Positions 10,711 through 24,411 of a stretch of DNA of 64,000 nucleotides are shown here, piece after piece. The stretch covers positions 124,001 to 188,000 of the forward strand of contig DF237014.1 in NCBI GenBank assembly GCA_000708835.1. The letters are read 5' to 3'. Origin of the DNA: Klebsormidium nitens (lineage: Eukaryota > Plantae > Klebsormidiophyceae). The first letter of the stretch is position 1, and every line of letters starts with the position of its first letter. The notes below the pieces were generated by a model. The model did no database searches, was not told where the DNA came from, and saw only the letters and a program-made list of their open reading frames with translations. A program made the translations under genes and the position numbers.

Positions 10711-13700
10711 ATGCTCAAGGCTCCGGCAGAATCTTCGAAGCGGTCGAAGAACGCATCCACTCAGAATGAACTTCGAGATGCACAACAACGCCATCAGGGC
10801 AGGAGCTCTGCTTCGTGCATCACTTCAACAAACCCAACTCGTCGGCCCAAAGGTGAGCCGATGTATCTACCGTATCTTGACAAGCAGCCATGCTTATTAA
10901 AGATACAGTCAAAGCACACGCAAAGAGTTTGCAATAGATTGACTCACTGAATGAGTATCCGGATTCTTGCTGTGATCCTGACAATGGCCAGTCAACTCCA
11001 CAGGAAGGCGCCTCTCAATCAGATCACAGCGGTGCACAAATGCACGGTGAGCAAACTTCCTCTGCTGTCAATCTAGCAACGCTGATCTCGCTCTCAGAAT
11101 GTTTTTCACCTCTGCAATTTGACCACTCCCAACTCATGACCTCATTTTCCTTTATTTATGTCAAAATTACTGCCTTCTGGCATGCAGATTCTGGTCCAGT
11201 CATATCACCTGCAGATGCTCAATTCAAGGAACATACGTCCTGGTCGCCATTCAATCGCAAGCATCTGGAGCCCGTGGATGAGAATCAAGGAGGAAGACCA
11301 TCACAGTTTGTCAGCGACGCTGCTTGGGCGAGGTAAGTCGCATGGTATCTTTGTTTGGAAGCTCTCTCAAATAGGATACATCCATTGATTCCACACAGCA
11401 ATCCCTAACCTAGATCCCAGTACTGCATGCTCTGGTACCTAAAGATATCAAGCAGAAGACGACTCTTCTTTTTACAGGTTAGGGCCAGAATTTCGCCGAC
11501 TGAGCATACCTGAGGCTGGAGCGGTGGATGCAGCTTGGTTGCCGAGGGAGTCTCTGAGTGCTAACCTCGATAGGTGACCATGGAAAAGTGCAGATTGGAT
11601 GAGTAGAACTGCAGCGTCATAGAAAAAGCTGCTTCATTCCAGCAGCTTCATTTTCAGAAACTTGACATGATCATCCTGTCGACTTGAGTGGGGCGGTGCA
11701 TGCTTCGCTTGGTAATTTTCCAACTGAGATGAAAGGTTTTGCAGGACGTCAATCGATGGAACATCACACGCGCACAAAGGTGGCCCTCATGGGCAGGGCT
11801 TTCCTCTGCAAAGAATCTTGTCAGGCGTGCCTTATGATGGCAGTGAAAACCACGACGAAGAGGGAGCAACATTCCAAACGGAAGATGACGCATTTAGGAG
11901 GGTAAGAAGCAAACACTGAAGACTGGCAAACGACTCTGATTCAATGGACTAGGATTGATTCCTTATTTGCAACATATCGGCATGCTCGTGCCCCCAGAAC
12001 TTCATAGATACACCTCCAAGCCGTATTTATTCAGCTGCAGTTTCAATTCAAGGTCTGCCTCTGGTCAACCTTCCTGACAATCCTCCGGAATGCTCGCAGT
12101 CCGCATTTGCAACGGCTGTTACCACGGAGAGACAGCTAAGACCGAGACCTCCACCGCGGCCAAAGCCAGAGCATCCAGCCTCAATCAAAGCTCGGCATGT
12201 GGAGAAGAAGCAGAAGGCTGGCGCAGACCATTGCAAGAGGTCTCAGTCAAAGGGTCATGTGGCTGTGTCAAAAAACATGCTGGACGAAGAAAGTGTTGCC
12301 GTTGTCCTGCCCAGCCATCAGATTGTCGGGGCAACCGCAGAGATCACGACAGTCGAGAAACCCCTTGAAAAGAAAAGAACAAGGCAACCAGCAAACTCCG
12401 CGTCTACACGTATGCCACAAAGTCCCAAGTTAAAGGCAAAACAATCAGCGAAGCCGATCCAATCAGGAGAAAGCACGGATGGAACCTCGAAGAGCAACAA
12501 AACATGTACCAAGGCTTCGCGGAAAGGAGGGATGCCGAAAAGCCCGCCAGAATTCAAAACGCCCCGTTTGCAGAAGGAAAAGGCGGCGAAAGGCCGTAGA
12601 GATCCCTCAAAAAAGCGCAAGCGCGCTACAGGCGATCGTGCTGTCTCGGATTCCGAAGTCGGAGAAAATGGTCGGACACGAAGCAAATCAAAGAAGATGC
12701 GAAATGAAGACGTCAAGAAAACTGCCTTCAAAGGCGGTGGCAAGGTGCTTTCCAGGTAAGCTGCAATGCCTCCAAAATAGAGGTTCATTCAAGGAAACAA
12801 TTTCTTCCAAGTCCGAATTCCGACCCATTACGGAAGTGGAATAATTTATGTGGACCCCAAATTTGAACTGTTGCAAGCCGTTGATGCGTGCCTGTCAGCT
12901 TGTCTGACAAGCAAGTCCAAAAGTGGCGCTTCGAACAACTTTTGAACCCTCTTCTCAGGATGGAAGCTTTGGCGAGCATCGAATCTGGGACCTGGAGAAG
13001 ACGGTGTGAGGAACAGCAGCTTGAGGTACGTTGTAATCTGCAGACCAACTCCAGCAGACCATACGATATATCATGGTGAGACTGATAGATCACAAACTAA
13101 CCAAGTCTTGACAGCAACGATTCGCTGGCCCCAACTTCCTATATTGGGCACGCTCCTTTGTGAACAAATGCACCTACACAGCCCAGTCTTCATCCTTCTG
13201 CAATTCTGACAGATCAGCCGTGCTTTGCAGCTCGTCAAGAAAGAGGACCCTAGGAAAGCGGAACGGATGCTTGCAAACCGACGAGTAAGTTAGTTGGCAT
13301 AAGCACGCGCGTCTCGTTGTCAGAGTTCTTCTTTCGAAGGATCTCTTCCTTTGAGGTCGATCCACTTAGAAGATCGCCATGCACTTCATTGACTTGCTCT
13401 CACTGCCTTGGAATTATCATTGCTGCGCATGTCCGATAGGGGATACTTGTGTGCAGTCCGCCGAGCGCTCTCGTCTCAGACGGCTCGAGCGTATTGCCAC
13501 TCTGGAAGGAGAGGTAAGACGCTTTCTTTTGATGCGTTTCTGGCTCTCGTCCTACTGATGAAGGAGGCCACTCAAAGAATCTGCTTGTCTACTTCACTAG
13601 CACTGTGTACAGGAATCCTACCGCTATCTTATTGTGGGAGCTTCCGCATAGGTCTTGAAAACAACTCTATCCTGAAATCTAATTGATTGTTATGTTGAAG

Positions 13701-14808
13701 GTCGACGAATTGGTAGCAGAAAGAGAGTCCTACAAGAAGAGACTCACAAGCACACAGGTAAATTCGGCCTTACAACCTGTTTTGATTGAGCAGGAGATTG
13801 TAACTGCTTGTGCAAAAACTTGCGGTTTGAGATGAGGTTCAAGCAGTGTGGTTATGTACTTGGGAAGCAGTTGGACGCTGTCCATTAACGGAATCATGAT
13901 CTACATAGAGTTTTGGAGCAACCGACGCCACTAAGCTCTTTCCCGTTTTGCACAGAGCTTGTACAAGAAAAGTCTGGAGGAGATTGAGAGGCTGAAGCTG
14001 GAGAAGCGCAGTAAGTCCGGTGCACGAGGTAGCAAAAAGAATGACGTACAAGCGCTAGAAGAAGCGCTTGCGGCAAAGAATGTCCAGCTCGAAAGAAAAG
14101 ACCAAGAGCTGAGATCGAAAGAGCGGAGGCTCGAAAAGATGGAAGAAGAACGACAAAACAGGGAAGATGAACTCCAGAGGAAAAGTGAGGAGCAGCAAAG
14201 CAAAGACCGTCTCATAGAGGTAAGGCTAGAACGGAGATATAATTTTAAACGGACAAAGTGAGAACAAGTCAATGCGTGTATCCGATTATCGGTGCGACCA
14301 TCCTTTTGCTGCTGTCGGAAAATAAGTGCCTCGCAACTTTAGGAGACTAAAACATTCGCGCAGAACAATCAGCTAATCAACAGCACGAAGACACGTTTTT
14401 CTCCTCCAGGTGTCCTGCTCCTGTCAACGATTTTGAAGCTTTTGATTCTTTGTCATGCAGTGCTTCCACGCCGTACTGATGCAACAACAGCTGGCGGCTT
14501 CGAGTTACGTGCATTCCATGACCGGCGCTCCCTTTGGTCCTGCGCACCAGATGGCGCTACCGCCGTCCATGCTGACCCTGCCAGGCGGCTCCGGCGGCGG
14601 GCTCATGCCGATTGCTATCCCTCCGACACCGGCCGAGTTTCCCTTGATCATCACAGACCCAGGCCCCGGTCTCATTTACGCCACAGCCGGCCCCGCAGCT
14701 GGTTTCGGTCAGGTAGAGGGTTCACAGAATGCCAGGGGCCAATCGCTAGATCCGCTTGTCCCGACCTTGAGAGCTGTGGATAGCGAAGAAAATGATGCTG
14801 GATCATAA
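10711..14808 (+). CDS. bZIP transcription factor with long basic N-terminal region, extended coiled coil and Gln/Pro-rich tail
   Basis: Phase-consistent model from ATG 10711. Exons 13231-13284 and 13457-13513 splice to give DPRKAERMLANRR|SAERSRLRRLERIATLEGE, the N-x7-R bZIP basic region. It is followed by VDELVAERESYKKRL, a charged coiled coil (about 13940-14219) and a last exon from about 14461 to 14808. Confidence 0.85.
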
Positions 14809-15907
14809 AGTTGAGTCAACAAGGCAGAATGGCTGTTGTTTTGCCATCGAATAGGACCGTTACATAGAGCCTTCAGTACGTCGGGCTTGTGGTCAAACTT
14901 CAGTGAACATAGAAGGCATCTATGCAGAGCGCATGAAGTAACTCCATGTTAAGCAGACCCCAACGTACATAGTAGTCTTCTAAGGTGCATTTAACGAAGT
15001 GCATGTGGTTATATTGATTCTGTAGGTGAGCACTGGAATGAGCCTTCAAATTTGCACAAAGCATTTCGAACTTGCAGTCCTTTTGCCGCTCACTGTCAGT
15101 TTCAGGCTTGCGGCAATGATGATTACAATCGAAGTCCTCTTTCCATTCTGCGTCGGTGTTGAGAACGTGTCGTACAGAGGTTCTCCGGATACTTGCGGAC
15201 TCAGCGCACTGTTTATAACGACCGCGCAACGATATGAACTTATGTTCAAATCGCTGTGGGATGTTTTGCATGCCGCCAATCTCACAGTTGAACGTATGCA
15301 AGATTTACGATTCCACGATCGAGGTTTACAACCTTCTGAAATCTCTCGCATCGCAACTTCCAGCTAGGCATATGCAGTCAACGTACATTGAAAAGCGAGG
15401 CAAGGCTGCAGCCTGTGCCGCGCTCCAATACGCCTGCATGCCTTAGCGGCCAACTGCCGTTGCATGAGTCATGGGCGGCATATCTGAATTCACGTACGTG
15501 ACTTATTACTTCGAGATAGGTCGCAGACCGGACACATTCAGATTGATCAGGACATGCACCGTCGCTTCTACAGATCGAAGCGCGCCGGCCCCACTCTTAT
15601 GCTATACGCCTCGGAAACATTGACCCGCCCGCCACGAGTCAATCTGCGCAGACCATGCACGTGACAAACCCCTTACACACGTTCCCTGGCACGATGATCG
15701 CTTACTAGCCCCTTCTCGGTGGCTCGAGAGTGGCGGCCATTCAAAGAGGATGTGCAGTGCCAGTGCCACGAATACAATCGGCAGTCTCATAATACCCCGC
15801 ATGCATGACTGCATACGCGGTTGTCCAAGAATGTGAGCGCAACGATCATGAGACCCAATTGTACCCCGTTACCTGCACGGTCCATCACAATCTGATTCCA
15901 CTTACTC

Positions 15908-18900
15908 TTATTGTTCATTCTCGGCTGTGGAAATTTTCCGCTTCTTCTTCCTTTGTTGCTGCTTTTCTTCTATCGCCCCTGCCCGCCCCTTCGCCAGCTT
16001 TTGCCGGATGCCGAGCACCTTCTGCACTGCGTCTCCGAAGGGCGCTTGTGACTTCGCCGCCAGCATCCGTTGCACGTGCCCCAGCGCAGCAAGGTTGAAT
16101 CCCAGAGCGCTCTTCAGCCCCTGAACCCTAGGGCGCAGCTCGTTCTGTACCGTGAGAAGAGTCGGCCGGGCTGACGTGGTGGCGACCAGCTGCGATTGGT
16201 GCAGCCTCAGCAGCAGAATAGCTGCCCGGCAAGAGAGTTCTATCTGGTCGCCCGCCCTGAGCCACTGGGCGATGTAGTCTAACAGGTGAAGGGCGGAAGA
16301 GAAGGGCAGGACGAGCAGGGCTTGTTCCAGATCGCTGGTCCGGACGGCCGCGACGGCCTTCAGAACAAACGCCGCGGGAGAGAGGCCCAGCATGAGCGGG
16401 TTCGGGGGCAGTGGCTTCGCCTTCGGATCACGCTGCCGCTCCATCTGCGAAGAGACAATCGAAGGACTACATTGAGAGCCAGACGAGAACCGGTTCGTCC
16501 CCCTTGGAGTCGAAATGCAAGGGTTTTCGTACGCTTGCGAGGGATGCAAAGCAGCACTATCCTCCTGAAGTTCCTGGTCACTTTCCTCACACGAGAAGCC
16601 CTGCCCGTTCAAAACAAAACTGAGATCCGGAACCGCACCTGCGTACGACAGGGGCCTCGCGGGGCTACTTCCTGTGATCCTCAAGACCCTAACGGTAAGC
16701 CACCAAAAAACCTTACAATATCTCTTTCGCGCGGCGGGCACTCCTCACCCGGTGGTCAAGCACCCGCTGCGTCTCGAGCTCCGCCATCTCGAGCGCCTCG
16801 ATAATCGAGTCCGCTGCGGAAATGGTTTCCTGGGTGCGCCGCCCCGCCGCGCCCACGGCCCCTTCCGCGTTGTCGTCCCCCGGTTGGCCCCCCCGGTCGT
16901 CGGCCGCGTTTTCAATGCCCGCCTCGAACATGCTCTCCAGCCGCTTCTCCCGCTCCTCCTCCACGAAGAAGGGCTCCTCCGTGCGCTCCCACCGGCGCAG
17001 CGACCGATCGTGCGAGCCGGTCACCACGAAATCGCCGTGGCTGCTCACCGCCAGGCACCAAACCTGCGGAGGGCGGAAAGCAAAGCACAAGCGTCACGTT
17101 GTAGGAACGAAGGAAGGATGCACTCTGAACCAGTGCACCTGAAGAGAGCAGGAGGCTGCGCGACACGACATTAAGCTGATTCAGGCGAGGGGGACAGAAC
17201 TACCTGAGGGCTAGGTACTTGACGATGTTGACACGTGGTGTCGTTCGAAGAACTGTCAAGCGGAAACTTTGTGATGGTTGGTAGCTCATAGTAGCATCGA
17301 GGTCAATGTCATCAGACGCGGTCACCTGCACCATGTCTTCCAAGCAGCACAGCTTGCTTGGTCAAGGGAAGAGCCATGCGACTCTTGATCTAAGCAGCAA
17401 ATGCGCAGCGTGACAAACCAGTTTTGTAACAAGTTGCGCGGGGGCTAGTCTGCAAACTTGGCATGAGGAGGGGTCGCGTCGCACCTCGGCGTGGTGCCCG
17501 TCCAGCGTGAGCAGCAGCTCGAACTTGTCGACGTCCCAGTACTTGACGCTCTTGTCCTTGCCCACCGTGAACAGGTAGTGCGTGTTGCGCACAAACGCCA
17601 CCTGCACTCCCGCAAAGGCGCGTCTCGATACCGCCCTCTTCGCAACCTCTAACAACGGGCGCGGCAATCGTGAATCAAACGAGCTTCGAAGCACAGGAGT
17701 CTGCGCGCCAGCTCTTCTGTTGCACGCAGATGTAACAAGTAGTACATTCAAACGCTTTCCACGGCAGGTTTGAATAAACCCTTGCGAGGTTCTCCTTCTG
17801 ACGTCATGCTTGCGCAATACAGGGTCCCCGCGGGGTGACGTCGTGCGCGCACCTGCATGACGCTGTCCTGGTGCGCGAAGAGCGAGCGGTGGCAGTCGCC
17901 GAAGTCCATTCCCCAGATCTTGAGGTTCTTGTCCGCGGACCCGCTGGCCAGCAGCGCGCCGTCCGACGAGATGTCCAGCGACAGCACCGGCAGCTTGTGC
18001 CCGTACAGCGACAGAAAGAACTTGAGCGTGTCCGCGAAGAACACCTGCGGAAGGGACACGAGGTGTTCGAGCGTAACTCTTTTCCCACAGTGAGTCGACA
18101 GTATAGGCCTTGTGACCGCAAAAAGAGCCGTGCTTGAAGAAGCGAGGGGGATCCTTCCGTACCTGAACGATTCGTACGGAGAAGAAACACGCAGGTGGCA
18201 CCTTGTTGGAAACCGGGTGCAACAATCACTTGTTTCTGATGAACGTCAAATGAAGAAACAGTGACCAAAGCTGGGTGGCGTTTCTGATGTTGACTGCGTT
18301 CGGAAACAACTGAAAGCGTCAAAGACGTCGGATATTCCAATTCAAAAGCCAGACATTACAGCGACGTTCGTCACGAGCACGTTGCCTCGAGAAGAACACC
18401 AACATGCTGCTCTACAGCTACATTGTGAAAAAAGAGCGGCAAAGAAATACGACTGCTTTCCCACCCCCGCCCAGCACTGACCTTGATGGTGGAGTCCAGC
18501 AGTGCGACCGCGATGTACTTGCCGTCCGGGCTGAAGCGCACGCACAGCACGTCGTCCGTCATCTTGAGCGTGCGCGTGTTGCGCACCGCCAGCTGCTGCG
18601 CCGCGTCGCCGTCCTCTCGCACCACCTCGTACTCCCAGAACTGCGCACAGCAGCGCGGCCGCGTCAGCAGGGCCAACACCGGAATGTGGGCCTTTGTGAC
18701 TCAACATATTGCAAGACAGAACAGACATCGGCTCGAGAATACTTTCCGCTAAGTCTCGTACTATCTACTGTCCCTACCAACAAGTATCATGCACATCCTT
18801 TGTGGCTTCCCAATCATAGAGCACCAAATTAAATATAGACTCTGATGGGGTCTCAAGCGGATGGTCTCAGGAGCTATCAGAGGAGACCCGTTCTGCTGCT

Positions 18901-21900
18901 GCCTGTCATCAAGCCCTCTGCCTCATTCCCTTCAGTCTCGCAGCTCAAGATCCAACGAGGGGGAAAAGGCTGCTTGTCTGCTGAACCCAAAGCAGAACGA
19001 ATAAGTTCCTCTTGATCCGCTCACCTTGACGTCATGGTCCGCCGAGGCACTCGCGAAGCCGGTCCCCTTGGGGTCCGCCGCAATGGACCAAACCGCCCCT
19101 GTGTGAGCCTCCACCGACTCAATCAGGCTGGATCCCCCCACATCAAACAGCTCCAGCGCGCCACCCTTGGTTCCTACGACCGCCTGCCGGTTGCCCGGCA
19201 CGAACAGCGCGGACAGCCCGTACCCGGAGTCCATTGTCCGCAGGCATGTGCCGGTGCGGGGGTTCCAGACCTGAATGCAATGAAGGCAGCGAGGAATCAG
19301 GAAATAAATAGAGAAAGACGGATTTGAAGTACCTTCGGGCAAGCGCCTTCCATCGGATCCATTACAGTGCGCGAATAGGCAGCGAGCTCATGTTGCCTAA
19401 GGTGCGAGCCAACAAGTTCTGGGCCTGCGGTTCACAAGCACATCTGAAGGCAAAATGACTACAACTCCGGTTCGCTGAAGACTGTCTACAAATGGAAACG
19501 CAAACGGATAGGAGTGAAGTTAAGGCGCCGCTTCTGCTGATGCCGAGATCAGTTTGTCCCACTGACCTTGACGGCGTTGTGGCTGGTGGAGAGGAGGAGG
19601 GAGTCGTCAGAGCTGAGCGCCACAGCGCGCACGTCGCTGCGGTGGCCCGGCAGCTCCAGGCCGTACGTCCTCTCGTAGCTGTCAGCAGTGACGTCATACA
19701 CCTGCAGCAGGGCCCGCTCGATATTCTCAAGCCCAGCTAAAATGTTAAAGCCGCAGAACAGAAATATTTTCGTTGGCAATGCCACTATCTCCATTTGGAA
19801 TATCCATGTCCTCTCGTTTTCGCCTCCAACAATCGCTGCCATTCAGTAGCAAGAACTGAGCAACGATTCGGGGGAAGACTTCGGAATTTCACGATTGTCG
19901 CTGAACGAAAGCGCCGAAGGATCTGGAAGGATTCTGCAAACAGCCCTAGAAATTTCAATTATCGTTCACTCGCACTGAACTACTTCAGTTATAGTTCACT
20001 TTGAGATTTCACGCTGACTATGCAATCAGGCTGACGAGCCTGATAAAACACATTTGCTGTGCAAGCGACTGAGAAGGTAACCGGCCCCTCCTTGTCGGTG
20101 GTCAGGAGCGATTCAATCAACCGGGCATTTTCGCTTTTTTGTCCTACACGCGATCAGGATTGGCATTGCCATCTTACTGATTGACAGGTGCCAGCGGAAC
20201 TTGTCATAGACGCCGTACCTCAATGCTGTTGTTGTGTAGCGAGAGGGCCAGCTGGGCCTCGACGCCCTTCTTGAGCGCTCCAGGAGAGAAGGCAAACGAG
20301 CGGATCTTGTGCTTGCTGCGCACCACCTGCAGAGAGAAAAGGTCGGAGGTTCTCCTCCAAGGTCCGAAAAAGAGAGACGCAATAAGACTATCCACAAAGC
20401 GCCATATCAGTCAAACAAGCTGCTGCAGAAGGGGCTAGCCGCAGCATGAGCCTGCCTGCGGCCATTTGAGATCGTCAATGGCAACGCAATCCGGTGAAAT
20501 TTAACAGATCCCCTCAGTCGAATACTGCTCCAAGACATCATGCGGTGCTGCTCATGCGACAACCACAACGCTCGTCGAGGATCCAGCCTCGTAATCGTGG
20601 ACAAGCTCCATGCTGCAGCAAAGCTTCGACAGCTGTTCCTGATGCGTCACCTGGCGGCCTGACACTAACATCAGATGCTGCCGGGACCTCTTGCAGGATT
20701 GCCAAAAGTTGCAAATCTTAGAGTCGACGAAAGCTTTAGCATGGCGCCCGCTTCTGCTGACCTGCATAAGGGACAGCTCGTCTGCTGCCGCAACGGAGGC
20801 GTCCTCCTGCGCCTCCTCAGCAGCTTCTTCTCCCTCCCCCGGGGGGCCCTTCGCCGCCTTGTCCTTCATCTTCTCCTGCTTGCGCTTCTTCCGCCGCTTG
20901 GCGCGCCGAGCAGCCTCTGCGGCGTCGCGCACCCTGCACTCGTGATCGAAAGGTTTCAGGATTCATGCCAGCGAAACAGCTGTACTGGATATGTTTTTTT
21001 TGGTCCACGTCCTGTGCTTGGTATGAATTTCGTTTGTCGACGTCCTGGAAGAGTCTCAAGAACGTTTTAAGACACCTACCAACCCTCCTCGTTTCAGCGC
21101 TGCCACCCTCTCATAAGACTGTTGGGAAGGACAATAGCCACAAGTCACTCTCTCGCCCCAAACTCGCACTCACACAGGCTTCTCACGAACTTCACCACTG
21201 TCAAGTCAGTTGGCAGACTCACACACATCAAACAGCATCCTTTTGAACAATAAACTCAAGTGAGCCCAATAATTTCATAATCCGGTGCACCAGACCTTCT
21301 CCAGCCTGCCTTATCTGTACCCGCCCTCACCTGTAGAGCTCGAGAGCCTTCCCTGGACCCTGGCATCCCAGAAGTGTGCCGCTCGGGTTGAAGCGCAGAG
21401 TGGCCACCCGCTCAGTACTCTGCCGCCGGATGCTTCCCAGGGGGGTCAGAAGGTCCCAGCTGGCGCCCCCTCCTGCAGAGGGCTCCCTTCCCGAAGTTTC
21501 CGCTTCGTCAGCGATGGCATACCAGCGGATCTCGACATCGGCACTCCCAGTGGCCAGGCGCTGCTCCGAGGGGTCGACGTCCAGGGACCACACCTGAAAA
21601 AGAAACGTAGAGCGATTGGACTCATTTGTTGCTCGGCAGGAGTTATGCGCTTGATAAGTTGACTGAGGTTGTCGTACGTACTGTATCTGGCATAGCACTG
21701 AGTTGGACAGACATTTAGTGTGGCACGCGAAGGCTGGGCTCGGATCTGACACCATCTGCAATCTGGTAGAAAGCTTCATGGAAAACTAGTCGAACCTCAA
21801 GGAATTGTGAAGGCAAGTTTAGAACAGTGAGGACAACAAGGAAAAGCTCGAAGACACAAACGGAGGCAATCTGGCTCACCTCCCCCCTGTGCCCGACCAC

Positions 21901-23542
21901 TGTCTGCGTGCAGTGCTGAGTATCCAGATCCCACACCCGGACAAAGGTGTCTTTGGAGCAGCTAACGAGCTTGCGACGGCTTTCTAAGAACACCTGCACA
22001 GGAAGCGAACCCAGTCACACCTGCCGCCAACGAGGTTTAGCATAGACTGCGAAGCTGGCAAGGAGTCACGCTGCCTTCAGGGGCCCAGCAAAGGGCAAAT
22101 TGCAGGACCTTAAGGCCCTCGCTACGAATGACTGATAATTGGAGCAGACAAGTGCATGAGTCATCAAGAGCAACAGATTCCGGGCACTCAGGCACAGCCC
22201 GAAGGTTAGATGTAAAAAACCAGAGGTAAACCAATCTGTGTACCACTGCAAAGTCAAAGTACCAGGATTTCTTCTTTGTATCTTTAACGTGGCCCAAGAC
22301 CGATTAACGTGGCCCAAGACCGACATTGAACCACATTGGAAAGTCGTAAGCTCGATTGTGAGAAGTGTATATCAATGAGACGCAAGGGGATAGAATGGAG
22401 AATAACAAAGATGTTTTCAGCTTTGGAGCGCAGACAAAGTATCTGAGATCAGAGCCCGTTCCGTTTTCAGTGAGGGGCCAAAGAAAAGTACGTGATCCTC
22501 ACTAGGCTGCCACCAAAGATAGTTTCCCTCAAGAAACTTGCCCAGGTGGACACAGCATGAAAGTGTTCTTATGCAGAAGCTCATGGCAGTTTACTGCGCG
22601 TCCAAGCAGGGATGTACCAGGTCTGTGACTTGATCGCGGTGGCCTTTGAGGCGGTACAGCCCTGCTTCTCCCACCACATCCCAGACTATGACATCTGTGT
22701 CTTTCGCCCCTGACGCCAGAAGGGCCCCGCTCTTGCTGTACCGCAGGGCAGTCACTGCGGACTTGTGCCCGCTCAGGACCACCTCACAGGTGCCCTTGAC
22801 AAAATCCCATATTCGTATCTGCAGAGGAATTAGTTGCTGTCTTTCTAGAGCCAAGGCAGAGAAAGCTGTTGCACAAGCATAGAAAGTAGTTTGCGAAAGG
22901 TGGTGGCACCAGGCACCAGTTATTGATGTGCTGCTGACGCTGATGCAGTGGTATGATGCGTTATGCGCAGATATATGCAGAGGGAGTAGTGCGCTCGTTT
23001 TCAAGAAACCTCACCGATCCATCAGAATAGCCCACCGATATTCTGGACACCTCAGTGGGAGCGAAAGCGATTGCAGTGACCTCTGGGTGGGGCCCGCTGT
23101 CATGTGACGTGCCTGGTGCAGCTAAGGTCTGGATCTGAAAGATACAAACATAGATGAAAATGGTTAGTACACACCACTCAAAGCCTTTGAGAAGCCTCTG
23201 CACCTGCCGGCAATTGATGTTCAATTGGACCGCTTCACTCAAATTCGTCAGGTCAATTGCTTACCACTGTGATTCGACGTTAGTTGTAATTTAGATGCTG
23301 GTTAAGAAGAAAAATGTCCATATCTCTTGATAGGAAGGGTTACTAAAGATTGAAATATCAAAGTTCGGGTATTGGTGCAAAGAACTTACTGCGGCTCCTT
23401 GTTTGAGATTCCACACAAGCACGTTTTCCAGGGCTGCAGATACTAGGAGCTTGCCCGAAGCGTCGAACGCAACATTGGCTGCTGTTGATGCCACCACCCC
23501 AAAGGTAGCGGCAGCCTCATACCGCAAGTATGCCTTCACCAT
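15908..23542 (-). CDS. WDR3: WD40-repeat SSU processome subunit WDR3/Utp12/Dip2
   Basis: N-terminus [19 protein letters not shown]...[14 protein letters not shown]; repeats such as [48 protein letters not shown] and [18 protein letters not shown]; C-terminal Dip2/Utp12 domain ([17 protein letters not shown]); about 14 exons. Confidence 0.97.
22284..22323. repeat. Perfect 20-bp tandem duplication in a WDR3 intron
   Basis: ttaacgtggcccaagaccga x2. Confidence 0.95.
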
Positions 23543-24411
23543 TGCCTCTGCTTTCTCCCTCTGTCAAAAATTACAAATGTCCGCGTAAGGACTGCACAAG
23601 CCACACCATCACCTGAAAACCAATCACCACCAATGACCAACAAGCCCGTGTATCCTAGGTACAGGCCAGGCCACACCACCACCCATCAAGAATCTGGACA
23701 GGCCAAAGTACCACCAATGCCATGACCACGGGATGACCACCTGGAGGCTGGCACCAGCTCGTCTCCACTTCAAACTTATTCAATGAGCTGCCAGCTTTGA
23801 ACGTACAGCTTTGCCTAGTAAAATTGGCACTTCTCCCGCTACTCTCGTTGTCAATGGAGCCTCTACACCGTTCGATCCGAAAAGGGGTCAATGGACGGCT
23901 CGCAGTCCGTGCATCCGTGGGCCGCTGGCTCAAGGTAGGTACGTACTGTAACGGTACCCTGTTCTCGGTACAGGTATACCGTCGGAAGCAGAGATGTGTG
24001 CTGCTCAGAAGTCGTAGGTACCCGGCATGCTTTGTCGATACCTGTCGGCCATCGACGGCAAAGGCTTCACATTGGAACCATATCAAGGGCGCCTGCTGAG
24101 CATCTGACAAGGTGAAAGCTGGGTTCTGGAAGGGAGAGGTATAGCGTATTGGTCGAACGAAGCACTCAACACTCGAGACTCGAGAGCCTAATATTCAAGT
24201 CGTTGAGAGCCCATGACTCTGACGTCTAGTAGTAGTAGTACCTACCTAGGTAGTAGGATAAAGGAAAGTGGACTTCAAAGCATGCAGCAAGGTTCTCTTC
24301 GGGCGCTGCTGTGGATTTCTGTCGTGCGAGGGCAGTAATAGGAGTCAAGACAAAGCGAGTTGCATTACCAAGATTGTTCACCAGCATCGGCCTCTTGAGT
24401 GATGCGCAGAG

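Noticed and set aside
11640-11712. Possible extra bZIP exon
   Set aside because: Every acceptor compatible with the upstream phase-2 donor hits a stop, and the model is consistent without it.
16445-16741. N-terminal part of the 277-aa ORF 15908-16741
   Set aside because: Intron read-through; the WDR3 last exon starts at the cttcgcag acceptor near 16444.
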